A DNA stretch of 60,193 nt from Burkholderiales bacterium. GTDB lineage: Bacteria; Pseudomonadota; Gammaproteobacteria; Burkholderiales; Burkholderiaceae_C. The DNA lies in assembly GCA_947462175.1 (NCBI GenBank), contig CANHOE010000001.1:1-60193 (forward strand). Reading direction: 5' to 3'. Made by a program: the position numbers and the translations under genes. Each line of letters begins with the position of its first letter. The first letter of the stretch is position 1. A model generated the notes under the pieces. It was not told the origin of the DNA and ran no database searches. It saw only the letters and a list, made by a program, of their open reading frames with translations. Positions 26,420 through 37,772 of the stretch are shown one piece after another.

Positions 26420-27013
26420 ATGCATGTCGTTTCACCGCCTGTCCCCATCGTGATTCCTGGCCCTGCGACGACACCGTCCGAAGACCCCTACCTGATGCCC
26501 AGCCTGTCGCTGGGCAACCGTGCGGCCCGAGCGCTTTGGGCGGTGGCTTGTCTTCTGTTCGTTCGGTTTTCGCCGCGTCCCTGTCACGCCTGGCGGGCGG
26601 CGGTGCTGCGCTCGTTCGGCGCCAGGCTTGGGCCGAATTGCCACATCTACCCCCGTGCCCGCATCTGGGCGCCGTGGAACCTCGTTTGCGAAGACGCTGT
26701 CGGCATCGCCGACGGCGTGGTGGTCTACAACCCAGCGCCCATGCACCTCGGCTCGCACTGCGTCGTGTCGCAGGACGCCTATCTGTGCGGTGCGACCCAC
26801 GACATCGACGACCCGGCGTTTCCGATGGTCAGTGCGCCCATCACGATCGGCCCGTATGCCTGGATCTGCGCGCGCGCGGTGGTGTGCGCGGGCGTGAACG
26901 TGGGCGAGGGCGCCGTGCTCGGTCTGGCCGGCGTTGCGACGCATGACCTCGAGACCTGGACCGTCTACGGCGGTGTTCCAGCGCGCGTGATTCGAGCAAG
27001 GAAGCAGCGGTGA
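26420..27013 (+). CDS. Hexapeptide-repeat O-acetyltransferase (WcaF/colanic-acid acetyltransferase-like)
   Basis: It shows a left-handed beta-helix repeat pattern and WcaF-like N-terminus (LSLGNRAARALWAVACLLF...FGARLGPNCHIYPRARIW.PWNL...ITIGPYAWICARAVVCAGVNVGEGAVLG). An alternative start is the ATG at 26495. Confidence 0.8.
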   Translation: MHVVSPPVPIVIPGPATTPSEDPYLMPSLSLGNRAARALWAVACLLFVRFSPRPCHAWRAAVLRSFGARLGPNCHIYPRARIWAPWNLVCEDAVGIADGVVVYNPAPMHLGSHCVVSQDAYLCGATHDIDDPAFPMVSAPITIGPYAWICARAVVCAGVNVGEGAVLGLAGVATHDLETWTVYGGVPARVIRARKQR

Positions 27014-27678
27014 GCGTCGATCGTTTGGCATCGCCCGATGCGGACCCAGGGCATGTCTGGCCCAACTCGGGCACAGATTCCGGATTCCACGACGGCCCAC
27101 GCAGCATTCACGCGCATGTCACGCGACCGATCGTCGAGCAGCTTGCGAAGGCTGGCGCACACACCGTACTCGACCTGGGCTGCGGCAACGGCTGGTTCAC
27201 CCAAGCGCTGGTGCGCTGTGGCTTCGAGGTGCTGGGTGTCGACCACAACGAGGCGGTGTTGCGGCAGGCGCAAGCGCAGCGACCGTCGGTTCGCTTCGAG
27301 GTCATGGATGTGATGCAGGCGTTGCCACCGGGCCTTTCGGAGCGCTTCGATGCGGTGGTCGCGATTGATCTGATCGACCATGTGATCCTGCCGCGCAGGA
27401 TGGTCGAAACGGCGCTCGCCGCACTGAAGCCTGGGGGGCTGCTGGTCGTGACTTGTGCCTACTACGGCTACGCAAAGAACCTCGCACTGGCTTTGGCCGG
27501 CCGGTTCGATACGCGCTGGGATCCGTTGCTCGACGATGGCCGCGTGAAGTTCTTTTCGCGCGCCAACTTGACGCAGTTGATCTCGGAATTCGAGCTGCAG
27601 GATATGCACTTCCAGACCGTCGGTCGCATCCCGATGTTCGCCCGGTCGATGCTGGTGGCGGCCAGGTCCCCGGACTGA
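27010..27678 (+). CDS. Class I SAM-dependent methyltransferase
   Basis: The GTG start overlaps the upstream stop (GTGA). It carries motif I (VLDLGCGNGWF) and post-I (VLGVDHNE). Confidence 0.8.
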   Translation: MSVDRLASPDADPGHVWPNSGTDSGFHDGPRSIHAHVTRPIVEQLAKAGAHTVLDLGCGNGWFTQALVRCGFEVLGVDHNEAVLRQAQAQRPSVRFEVMDVMQALPPGLSERFDAVVAIDLIDHVILPRRMVETALAALKPGGLLVVTCAYYGYAKNLALALAGRFDTRWDPLLDDGRVKFFSRANLTQLISEFELQDMHFQTVGRIPMFARSMLVAARSPD

Positions 27679-27688
27679 TCCCGGGACC
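27665..27688. terminator. Short hairpin spanning the 12-nt gap between convergent stops
   Basis: The structure is GGTCCC(C)GG-actgatc-CCGGGACC, an 8-bp stem with one bulge. This is weak. Confidence 0.3.
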
Positions 27689-27690
27689 GA

Positions 27691-30120
27691 TCAGCGCAGC
27701 ACGATGGTGCTGCCGATCTGCCCGTTGCCCCGCAGGTCTCCGATGTCGTCCCAGCCGTCGATGCGCCAGCGGTGCACGCCGCCATGGCTCGATTCGTCGT
27801 TGTGATAGAGGTACAGCCGGGTGTCGTCGCGCACCAGCGTCGGGCTGAAGGCATTTCCGCTCAGGCCGGTCTGCAACGCATCCGAGGGGCGCGTCGATGG
27901 CTGGCCGAACTGGCCGAGGAAAAGTCCCGATTCATCGAAGTGCATGAACTGGTTGGCTTGCCCGACTTTGCCAGTCTGCATGTCCTTGTAGAACTCGCCG
28001 TGGTAGCCATAGACGATATGTCTCCCGTGCGCCCACACCGCGTTGCCGCCGTAGGTCGTCGATCCATCGATGGCCTTGGTCTGGAAGCTGCCCTTGCCGT
28101 CCAGCGCGCCGCTGGGGCTGGCCTGCCAGAGCCACTGCGTGCCATTCATTTCCGCCGCACCGAGGTGAAAGCCTTCGTTGCCCACGACCGACTGGTCGAA
28201 GTAGACCACCCGTCCGGATGAAGTGACGGGGAAACGTGGAGGGAGGATTCCGCTGAACGCACCGCGGACGTGGGGTGAGCCGGGCAGCGTCGGCACGCTG
28301 GCGAGCTTGACCGGATCGGTTGACCACACCGGGTCGCCCTGGCTGTTGAAGCCGGCCAAGGGCTGTCGCATCACGGCTTGGCTGCTCGGTCCGGTCAGCG
28401 CGAATCCGAGGTCTCCGTTCTCGTACATCACCTTGGCGGTCGCGCCGGGAAACGGTTGCGCCAGAGACTTGACCACACGCAGGGGCCCTGCTGCCGGCAG
28501 TTCCACGATCACCTGCCGACCCTGCGCCTGGACGATGCCGTAGGTGCGGCCGTTGGACAGCGTCTCTACTGTCAAGAAGCCGCCCCAAGCCCAATTGGAC
28601 GCGCGATCGTCCTGCAGTGCGGCGGGCAGGCCTGCCCGCCAGTTGCGCACCAGTTTCCATGAGCGACCCGGCTGCAGCGGCGCTGTGTTGTCGACCTCGA
28701 ATTCGAGGAAGTTCGCGAACACACGACGCGGACTGCCGTGATCGACGGTCGAGGTGTAGACCGCCGGCAGGTAGGCGATCTGCGCATCGCTGTGGCCGGT
28801 GTTTGCAGAATCGGTCAACAGACGCAGCATGCGGTTGTTGCAGGTATCGACCACCCAGATGCTGCCGTCTGGCGCTGCCGCCAGCGCGGTCTGCTCGCCG
28901 CTGCGGGCCTGGAAGCACAGCTTGCCTGCGCTCACCGAAGGATCGTCGGTGTAGCCGCCGATGGCGCCCAGCGTGGCGACTTGCTGGCCCTGTGCGTCGT
29001 AACGCTTGAGCTGCTGACTGGCGCCGCCGTCCGCCACCCAGAGGCCGTCGTCATCGCCAGGCGTGGCCGCGAGCGCCAGCGGCCGTGTCAGGCCGTTGAT
29101 GGTTGCTGCGACCCTCGGGCTGCTGTCGATGTCGGTGTAGCGAAGTACGCTGCGTCTTGAAACCACCCAGAGGTCACCGCTGGAGGACATGGCCAACTGG
29201 TTCAAGGCTTTCGCGTTCAGCGGCACCGAGATCTCCCGCAGCAACGTACCGCTGTTCTTGTCGTACAGGCGGATCAGATTGCGCCCACCATGTGCCACCG
29301 CAAGCACGCGACCGTTGCGCTGCACCGCCAGGCCGGTGGGCGCGTCGACCGCCTCGGTGTGGAGGTCGATGACGCTGGCATAGCTCTGGTCGGCGTAGCA
29401 GGTCTTCGAGTTCGCCCTGTAGTTCAGGCACACAGGTGTGCCTGCCGAGAAGCTCGCGGTGCGAGCGGTGTCGAGATCGAAGACGCCGATGAAGCTGCTG
29501 TGCGACATGCCGCCACCGTTGGCCCAAAAAAGCCGATTCGCATCAGCGGCAATCATCGTGAACGACACGAAGGGGTCGGTCGACGGCAGAGGTCGTGTGT
29601 CGTTCTGTGGCGTCGACAGCGCAAAGCCGTGCAGCCCCGGCATGCCTTCGTTGTAGCCTACTGCGTAGATCGCGCGATCGCCATGGATCAGGATGCTGGT
29701 CGGTGGCAGATAGGCACGGTGCAGTCGTGGCCCGCCGAAGGAGCGGCTGCTGTTGCCGATCACACCTTCCCATACGTAGGCAAGTCGATGATGAACGACC
29801 CGGATCTCGATGTCCCGGGCCGCCACCACTTGTCCCTGGTCGTCGCGTCCGTCCCAGGCCTGCTGATGCTGGCCGACCGGCAATTCCTCGGCCCGCCACA
29901 GCGTGCGCAGGAGGCGGCCTTCGCTGTCGTAGACACCGGCACTGGTCGTCGCCTTGCGCGGCAGGGTGAATGACCACGAAGTCATCGGGCGCTTGCTCAC
30001 CAGACCCGCCGCGGGCAAGACATCTGCGGCTGCGCGACTTGACGAGGCGCTGAAGAAGGAAACGATGCCTGCTGCGAATGCGCACGCGAGCCCGTAACGC
30101 GAAAGGCCGAGGGTGTTCAT
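27691..30120 (-). CDS. Secreted FlgD-Ig-like + NHL-repeat beta-propeller protein, function unknown
   Basis: ATG 30120 gives a signal peptide (MNTLGLSRYGLACAFAAGIVSFFSASSSRAAA). A FlgD_ig-like segment follows (GVYDSEGRLLRTLWRAEELPVGQHQQAWDGRDDQGQVV). NHL-like blades are present (GLAVQRNGRVLAVAHGGRNLIRLYD; GLWVADGGASQQLKRYD; DGSIWVVDTCNNRMLRL). Confidence 0.7.
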   Translation of the reverse strand: MNTLGLSRYGLACAFAAGIVSFFSASSSRAAADVLPAAGLVSKRPMTSWSFTLPRKATTSAGVYDSEGRLLRTLWRAEELPVGQHQQAWDGRDDQGQVVAARDIEIRVVHHRLAYVWEGVIGNSSRSFGGPRLHRAYLPPTSILIHGDRAIYAVGYNEGMPGLHGFALSTPQNDTRPLPSTDPFVSFTMIAADANRLFWANGGGMSHSSFIGVFDLDTARTASFSAGTPVCLNYRANSKTCYADQSYASVIDLHTEAVDAPTGLAVQRNGRVLAVAHGGRNLIRLYDKNSGTLLREISVPLNAKALNQLAMSSSGDLWVVSRRSVLRYTDIDSSPRVAATINGLTRPLALAATPGDDDGLWVADGGASQQLKRYDAQGQQVATLGAIGGYTDDPSVSAGKLCFQARSGEQTALAAAPDGSIWVVDTCNNRMLRLLTDSANTGHSDAQIAYLPAVYTSTVDHGSPRRVFANFLEFEVDNTAPLQPGRSWKLVRNWRAGLPAALQDDRASNWAWGGFLTVETLSNGRTYGIVQAQGRQVIVELPAAGPLRVVKSLAQPFPGATAKVMYENGDLGFALTGPSSQAVMRQPLAGFNSQGDPVWSTDPVKLASVPTLPGSPHVRGAFSGILPPRFPVTSSGRVVYFDQSVVGNEGFHLGAAEMNGTQWLWQASPSGALDGKGSFQTKAIDGSTTYGGNAVWAHGRHIVYGYHGEFYKDMQTGKVGQANQFMHFDESGLFLGQFGQPSTRPSDALQTGLSGNAFSPTLVRDDTRLYLYHNDESSHGGVHRWRIDGWDDIGDLRGNGQIGSTIVLR

Positions 30121-30749
30121 CGACGCTTGCGAGCGACCATCAGCATGCTTTTCCACAGCCACCGGAATCGACCGACACCAGAGAAGCTGACGATGTCAAA
30201 GCCGCTTTCCCGAAGCAGGTCCGCCAGTGTGCCGCGGCTGAAAAACTTGATATGACCACCGTGCCACAGCGCTGTGTGATGCTTGTCCCAGTGGCCTGTC
30301 AATGCCAGTGCCAGATTTTTCAGGTACCCGTGGTAAGGCGTCGTGACGATCAGGTATCCCCCCTCTTTCAGAACCGCCCGTGCGAACTGCGGTAGCTTGT
30401 GAGGGGCATAGAGGTGTTCAATGACTTCTGTTGAGATAACGACATCGAACGAGCGCTCCTTTTGCAGAAGCAAAGCGGGATCGTCCTCGACCGAGTGGCG
30501 ATGAAATGGAACCGATGGATGCGTCGCACGGGCGATTTCTACCCCTTGGGCGTCATGTTCGACTCCAACGACATCGAATCCCGCCGTCGACAAATCCCCG
30601 CACATGCCACCATTGCCCGCGCCAAGATCAAGCACGCGCGTGGCCCCCAGATCACGCAGGCGACGGATGATCGCGGGGCTGATGTATCCGGATGAATGCG
30701 GCGGTGTTGCGCTTGACCAGCCGTAGCTTGTGACACTGTTGTCTGTCAT
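30117..30749 (-). CDS. Class I SAM-dependent methyltransferase
   Basis: It carries motif I (VLDLGAGNGGMCG). ATGA overlaps occur at both ends, at 30746-30749 and 30117-30120. Confidence 0.8.
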   Translation of the reverse strand: MTDNSVTSYGWSSATPPHSSGYISPAIIRRLRDLGATRVLDLGAGNGGMCGDLSTAGFDVVGVEHDAQGVEIARATHPSVPFHRHSVEDDPALLLQKERSFDVVISTEVIEHLYAPHKLPQFARAVLKEGGYLIVTTPYHGYLKNLALALTGHWDKHHTALWHGGHIKFFSRGTLADLLRESGFDIVSFSGVGRFRWLWKSMLMVARKRR

Positions 30750-32041
30750 GGATAAGCCCCCTGCGATTTCCAATCGGCGAGCCTGCTGGTCACCTCGCGC
30801 ATGACATCGAGCGCATTCGCGGAATACGCATCCCAGCCGAATTCACGGGCACGTTGGGAGGCTTGCCGCCCCATCTCGTCACGCATGTCTGGGTCCCGGT
30901 ACAGGCGATCGAGCCGGTCGCTGATGGCGTTGGCATCACGCTCGGGGATCACGAAGCCATCGATGCCGTCGCGAACGATGCCGGCTGGGCCATTCGCCGT
31001 CACGATCACCGGCAGGCCGCAGGCCATCGCTTCGAGTACCACCAGCGGCATGCCTTCGATCAGCGTTGGCAGCACGAACACATCGCTTTGCCGATAACGT
31101 TTGGCAAGGGCAGGCCGGGTCTGGTGCGGGATGTGCTCGAACAGATCTGCGAATGGCCGCAGCGGCGCGTCGCTGCCGACGATGCTGCCGACGAGCGTCA
31201 GATGCGAGTCCTGTCGAGCGAACTGGCGATAGCCGCGCAGCAGGTAGGCGATGCCCTTGCGCTGCGTCAGTTGCCCGGCGTAGATGACGTTGAACTGGTC
31301 CGACCGATCCCGGGCTCCAGGCGGTACTGGCGTGAAGGTCTGCAAATCGACGCCATAGGGAACCACGCGCATCTTCGAGCGCTCGACGCCTTCGGCGACG
31401 AAGCTGTCGGCGACGTAGCCCGAGCCGACCAGCACCGCGTCGGCCAATCGAATTTCCTCGTCGAGCCGTTCTTCGTGGCCTTCGGGCCAGTCATTGAAGC
31501 CCGGCCAGGTCACCGCGAACTCGGGCTCGCGTTCGTTCTCTTCCAGCCGCACACGGCGCCGCTGGCGGTGGTGGGCCACAGGGTAGTTCAGCACCGCCGC
31601 GCGGCCACCGAGCGACCGCGCGGCTTCGAACGCCGGCAGCGCAAATCCTTCGTAGCCCACGATGCAGTCGGCGTTCGGAACATGTCGGCATGCCGACCGG
31701 GCCACGGCTTCGCGCACCGACATCACGAGTTGATTCGTCCAGCGGTGGCGGGTGCGCGGCGGCAGCAGATGAAGCCTGCCGATGCTGGCCGCACACAGGT
31801 CAGGCCAAACGCCGGCCTCGTGGGTGAGCGATGCCAGCCGCGGGTCGCTCATCAACCGCCTGCCGAAGGTGCGGGCATAGGCGCGACCCGCCAGCGGCAA
31901 GGCCGACAAGGCCCGCTCCCAGCCACGCCCCTTGTTCACATAGGGCCGCACATAAGCCTGCAAGCCATCGCAGCCGGCCAGCGCCAGCGCCAGTTGGTTC
32001 AATTCGGGCGAATTGAAATTCACCACCAGGGTGCGTGGCAT
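30746..32041 (-). CDS. Glycosyltransferase, GT4 family
   Basis: The C-terminal half is GT4-like (LVGSIVG..; FVLPTLIEGMPLVVLEAMACGLPVIVT). The start is placed at ATG 32041 (MPRTLVVNFNS); ATG 32056 is an alternative. The long upstream extension of the ORF is Arg/Ser-rich and unlikely to be coding. Confidence 0.75.
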   Translation of the reverse strand: MPRTLVVNFNSPELNQLALALAGCDGLQAYVRPYVNKGRGWERALSALPLAGRAYARTFGRRLMSDPRLASLTHEAGVWPDLCAASIGRLHLLPPRTRHRWTNQLVMSVREAVARSACRHVPNADCIVGYEGFALPAFEAARSLGGRAAVLNYPVAHHRQRRRVRLEENEREPEFAVTWPGFNDWPEGHEERLDEEIRLADAVLVGSGYVADSFVAEGVERSKMRVVPYGVDLQTFTPVPPGARDRSDQFNVIYAGQLTQRKGIAYLLRGYRQFARQDSHLTLVGSIVGSDAPLRPFADLFEHIPHQTRPALAKRYRQSDVFVLPTLIEGMPLVVLEAMACGLPVIVTANGPAGIVRDGIDGFVIPERDANAISDRLDRLYRDPDMRDEMGRQASQRAREFGWDAYSANALDVMREVTSRLADWKSQGAYP

Positions 32042-32231
32042 GGGCGCTTCGGGCATCAACGAATCGTAGGAAGGCTTTGTGACGGTTCGACGCGAATGGC
32101 CATGTCGGCGGCTGACTCGATACCGCAACATTTGATCGCTACATTGGGTCGGTCGGTCTACCTTTCCCCGGGGGGGGGTGCCTGCTCCCGTTCGTTTGGA
32201 CACCTCGCAACATCTTTCGACAGACCGTGCC

Positions 32232-33263
32232 ATGAACATCCTGTTTTGCTCGGTTCCGTTTCGTCCGTCGATCGGGGGTATCGAAACTGTGTCGGCGCTG
32301 CTGGCGGAGCGATTTCAGCGCAGTGGGCATCGCGTGGTGCTGGTGACGCAGACCGCCAGCGATACGCCCGACACCGATGCGTTCGAGGTGGTCCGCCAAC
32401 CCGCGGCACAGCGCTTGTTCGCCCTGGTGCGCTGGGCCGATGTGGTGTTCCACAACAACATCAGCCTGCGATTCGCCTGGCCGCAGTTGCTGATCCGCAG
32501 ACCCTGGGTGGTGGCCCACCACACCTGGATTCCCGCCGCGGGAACGGCCGCCGCGCTCAAGCGCTGGGCGATCCGCCACGCCAGCAACATCGCCGTCAGC
32601 CACGCCTTGGCCGAGAGCCTGCCGGTCGACTGCACCATCGTGCCCAATCCCTATGCGGACGATCTGTTCTTGCGCGTCGATGGCATCGCCCGCGAGCGCG
32701 ATCTGGTGTTCGTCGGTCGGCTCGTCAGCGACAAGGGCGTCGACCTGCTGATCGAAGCGCTGGCGCTGTTGGCAAAGCAGGAGCGACGCGTTTGCCTGAC
32801 GATCGTCGGCGACGGCCCTGATCGGAACGCCCTCCAAAAGCGCGCGCTGGCGCTCGGTGTTGGCGACCGGATCGATTTCGTCGGCCGCCGCGTCGGTCCG
32901 GAACTGGTCACATTGCTCAATGCGCATCGCTTGCTCGTCGTGCCCTCGGTGTGGGAAGAGCCGTTCGGTGTTGTGGTGCTTGAAGCCCTGGCTTGCGGCT
33001 GCGTCCCTCTGGTCGCGCGCAGCGGCGGATTGCCCGATGCGGTCGGCGATTGCGGCTGCGTCGTGCCGCGCGGCGACAGCGAAGCACTGGCGAACGGCAT
33101 CAGTGCGCTGCTTGACGATACGGCCGCGAGGGAGCGCTATCGCGCGAGGGCGGCCGCGCATCTCGAACGCCATACCCCCGATCGCGTCGCACGCGACTAC
33201 CTCCAGGTGATCACCGATGCTTGCCGCACCGCTGCCACGCAGAGCGCCGCGCGAGCTTTCTGA
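32232..33263 (+). CDS. Glycosyltransferase, GT4 family
   Basis: It starts MNILFCSVPFRPSIGGIETV and carries E-x7-E (PSVWEEPFGVVVLEALACGCVPLV). It is divergent from the GT4 gene at 32041. Confidence 0.8.
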   Translation: MNILFCSVPFRPSIGGIETVSALLAERFQRSGHRVVLVTQTASDTPDTDAFEVVRQPAAQRLFALVRWADVVFHNNISLRFAWPQLLIRRPWVVAHHTWIPAAGTAAALKRWAIRHASNIAVSHALAESLPVDCTIVPNPYADDLFLRVDGIARERDLVFVGRLVSDKGVDLLIEALALLAKQERRVCLTIVGDGPDRNALQKRALALGVGDRIDFVGRRVGPELVTLLNAHRLLVVPSVWEEPFGVVVLEALACGCVPLVARSGGLPDAVGDCGCVVPRGDSEALANGISALLDDTAARERYRARAAAHLERHTPDRVARDYLQVITDACRTAATQSAARAF

Positions 33264-34706
33264 CGCGCCGCGGGCATCAGCCGTCGGTCGCCCTTTGGTA
33301 GCGGCGCTGAGCCCGGTGCGCGAGCTTGCTCGCAAGCGCCTGGTCTGGACGGTATTGCTGATCTACCTGCTGGCGATCTTCGAGGGTTCGATCCGCAAAT
33401 ACATTGCGCCGCAACTGGGGCAATACATTTTCTTCATTCGAGACCCGTTCGTGCTTTACGCCTACATCCTGGCGACGCGATTCGCACTGTGGCCTCGACA
33501 ACAGGGATTCTTCATATTCAGCCTGTTCATGTGCGTGCTCGGAGTCCTGTTGTTCGGGATTCAGATGGGCGTGTTCGGTATGGACAACACCCGAGTGCTG
33601 CTCGGCATCTACGGATGGCGCAGCTACTTCTTTTACGTTCCTCTCGCCTTCCTGATCGGGGCCCAGTTCAGCCGCGAAGATCTGCGGTTGTTTGCCCGCA
33701 TTACTTTGCTGCTGGCGGTGCCGATCGCGATCCTCGTTCTTGCGCAGTTCGCATCTCCACCGAATGCCCCGATCAATGTGGGCGTGGCCGAAGAACAGGA
33801 GCTGCAATTCAAGAGCGTTGGCATCACGGTCGACCGGATCCGAACCACCGGCACCTTCACCTCGCCCGCAGGACAGCAGCAGTTCATCGCCACTGCCTTT
33901 GCCTTGATGTTGGCCATGCTGCTGATGCCACGGCGAGAAGCTGGAGTCAGCTTCGTCGGGCTGACCGCTTGTGGCGTACTGACTTGCCTGGCGCTCAGCG
34001 GTAGCAGGGGTTCGATGCTGCATTGCGGCCTGATCGGGGTTTTTGCCGTGGGTCTGGCCCTTGTCGGCAAGAGTGCCGCTTTGAAGGCCAAGGCGCTGTT
34101 CTTGCCGCTGGGGCTGATCACCGCAGCGGCAGTTCTCTATCCGATCGTCTTTCCGGTCGGGTTCGAGACCTTCATGACCCGCTGGAACAGCGCGGCGGGC
34201 GCCGAAAAGGTCATCGAAGGTGGTGTTTTCGGCCGCGCACTCCTGGGCCAAGTCGATTTCATTCGCCTTCTGGACGTCGTCCCGTTGCTGGGGTACGGCA
34301 TTGGCTACGGGGGAAACGCGAGCATCATTCTCGGGGCCGAAGTAGATGGGGTTAAGCCCGGTGTGATGGTCGAAGCCGACTTGTCTCGGCAGATCGTCGA
34401 TCTGGGCCCGGTCTTCGGCCTGTGCTACATCGTCGTCCGTTTTGCGCTCATCTTCTGGCTGGGGCGTCGCGTCTATGCAGCCACCAGGCGGCGGCCCGAC
34501 CCGCTGCCCGTTCTGCTGTTTGCTTATGTGAGTTACACGGTCCTGTTCGGCCAAATCACCGGCAATGGATCGATCAATGCCTACGCCTGGTTGTTCACCG
34601 GGCTGTGCATCGCCGCTTCGCGCGAGGCGCTTGCGTCGAGCCGCCTGCCGCGGACAGCGATCCGCCATTTCCCTCGATTCCCCATTCCCCTGCGAAAGCG
34701 ACTGCG

Positions 34707-34710
<4 letters not shown>
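33217..34710 (+). CDS. Wzy/O-antigen-ligase-family polytopic membrane protein (EPS polymerase or exosortase-associated O-glycosylation ligase)
   Basis: I count at least 10 hydrophobic helices by eye, plus a large loop. There is no soluble domain. The start is uncertain: ATG 33217 overlaps the upstream gene by 47 nt, and an in-frame GTG at 33316 is an alternative. Confidence 0.6.
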
Positions 34711-35640
<930 letters not shown>

Positions 35641-35648
<8 letters not shown>

Positions 35649-36495
35649 CGCGCGCCACCCGAACGAATCGGCGTGCGTACCGCTGGGGGTGATCTTGCTC
35701 ACCTTCAACTCGGCTGGCGTCATCGAGCGCACCTTGCGGGCCGCGCTCGATGTCAGCCGCTCGGTGTTCATCGTCGATTCGGGTTCCAGCGACGACACCG
35801 TGGCCATCGCCAAGGCGCTGGGCTGCGATGTCGTGAACCGGCCTTTCAAGCACTACGCCGATCAGCGCAACTGGGCCATCGACGAGTTCGGCGCGCGCAG
35901 CGAGTGGCAGCTTCACCTCGACGCCGACGAGGTGCTTGATGCCGAGGCCATCGCCGAGATTCGTCGCGTGCTGGCCGCGCCGGGCGAGGCCACAGGCTTC
36001 ATTTTCCGGCGGCGCACCTACTTCATGGGCCAGGCGCTGCGCTTCGGCGGCAACGACAACTTCCATCTGCGCTTGTTCAAGACCGGCACCGCGCGCTGTG
36101 AAGACCGACTTTACGACCAGCACTTCGTGGCCGACCGCCCAGGCGTGCGGCTGCGCGGCGTGCTGCACGACATGAATGTCGGCAGCCTGACCGAATGGAC
36201 CGCGCGTCACAACCGGTGGAGCGACCTCGAAGCCGCCGAGCTGCGGCGTCCAACCGCAGAGGTTGGCGGGCAGGTCGTTGCCCGCCTCTCGGCCGATCCG
36301 CGCGAGCGACGCCGCTACTACAAGGGCCGCTACTACAACGCGCCGCCGATCCTGCGCGCGATGCTCCTGTTCGCCTACCGCTACCTGTTGCAAGGCGGCT
36401 TTCTCGACGGGCGCGCGGGCTTCCTGTACGCGTTCTTCCAGGTGCTGTGGTTTCGCATGCTGGTGGATGCGAAATTGCAGGAGTCCAAGGGATGA
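35641..36495 (+). CDS. Glycosyltransferase, GT2 family
   Basis: It overlaps the upstream gene by 8 nt (ATGTCTGA). The N-terminus is GT-A type ([18 protein letters not shown]...[11 protein letters not shown]...HLDADE). Confidence 0.8.
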
Positions 36496-37772
36496 GCATC
36501 GCCGCGCTGATCACCCGTCAACGCCTGGGCCGATTGACCGGCTTTGCGTCGACACAGCTCGCGGTGCAATTGATCGGCTTCGGCGTCGGCATCGTGTTGG
36601 TGCGCTGCATGGCGCAGGCGCAATACGGCTACTACACGCTGGCGATCAGCATGGCCAGTGTCGCCAACATCCTGACCGACCTCGGGTTGGCCACGGCGGT
36701 GATGGCGATCGGTGGGCGCCTGCATGGTCAGCGCCAAGCGCTGGGCGCACTGGTGGCCGATGCAAATGGCCTGCACCGGAACCTGGCTGTCTGGTTGTTC
36801 GCGGTATTGACCCCCTGTTGTGCGCTGATGCTGCTGCGCCAGGAGGCGCCGACTTGGCAGGTCGCGGTGTTGACGGTGTTGATCATTGCGACGGCGGCGT
36901 TGAACGTCAGGGTCGGCATCGCGCTGTCGATCGCGCGCCTGTCGGGTCACGTCGCGTTGCAGCAGAAGCTCGACCTGTCCGTCAACGCCGCAAAGCTGGT
37001 GGCCGTGCTGCTGCTCGCATGGGTCGTCCTCGACGCTACGGTGGCTTGCCTGCTCAACCTGGGGGTAGCTGCCGCCTACTTCATCGCCCTGCGGCGCTAT
37101 CTCGCCGAGCAGGTCGATGTGCCTGTGGCGGCGGCGGGAGAACACCTGCCGGCGCTGCGCCAGCATCTGTGGAAGCAGGGGCCGAACTCGATCTACTTCG
37201 TGCTGAGCAGTCAGCTCGCGGTGTGGCTGATCGGTGTGTTCGGCAGTGCCGAGCAGGTGGCCGAAGTCGGGGCGCTGGGCCGTCTGGGCGCGGGTTTTGC
37301 CGTCATTGGCTCGGTGTCAGCTGCTCTGGTGTTTCCATACTTCGCGCGCCGCGATTCGCACGCTGAACTGTTTGCCGGCTTCATCAGCGTCAACGCGTTC
37401 TACGCCATGCTTCTGGCTCTGCTGATGATGTTGGCGAGCACATTCCCAGCCGAGATCCTCTGGGTCTTGGGTGGTACGTATGGCAGCCTGCAATCAGAGC
37501 TGGTCTGGATGATCGTGGCGGCAACCCTCGGCGCCTGGAGTGGCACGGTGTACAGCATTGGCTGCGCGCGCGGCTGGGTACTGCCGCTTTGGCTGATGGC
37601 CTCGACCGGTGTTGCTGCAACAGTGGTCGCAGCGAGCCTCGTCGACGTGTCCACGGTGCGCGGCAGCTTCCAGATCAGCGCCGCGACTGGCGTGGTCAGT
37701 ACCTTGGTCGCCATCGGCTATTTCAATTGGAAACTGAGACGTCATGCCCACCTCGAAGCGGGCGCAGCATGA
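36492..37772 (+). CDS. Wzx-like oligosaccharide flippase / polysaccharide biosynthesis membrane protein
   Basis: An ATGA overlap joins it to the upstream gene. The product is 426 aa and polytopic (about 12 helices by eye), with no soluble domains. Confidence 0.7.
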   Translation: MSIAALITRQRLGRLTGFASTQLAVQLIGFGVGIVLVRCMAQAQYGYYTLAISMASVANILTDLGLATAVMAIGGRLHGQRQALGALVADANGLHRNLAVWLFAVLTPCCALMLLRQEAPTWQVAVLTVLIIATAALNVRVGIALSIARLSGHVALQQKLDLSVNAAKLVAVLLLAWVVLDATVACLLNLGVAAAYFIALRRYLAEQVDVPVAAAGEHLPALRQHLWKQGPNSIYFVLSSQLAVWLIGVFGSAEQVAEVGALGRLGAGFAVIGSVSAALVFPYFARRDSHAELFAGFISVNAFYAMLLALLMMLASTFPAEILWVLGGTYGSLQSELVWMIVAATLGAWSGTVYSIGCARGWVLPLWLMASTGVAATVVAASLVDVSTVRGSFQISAATGVVSTLVAIGYFNWKLRRHAHLEAGAA

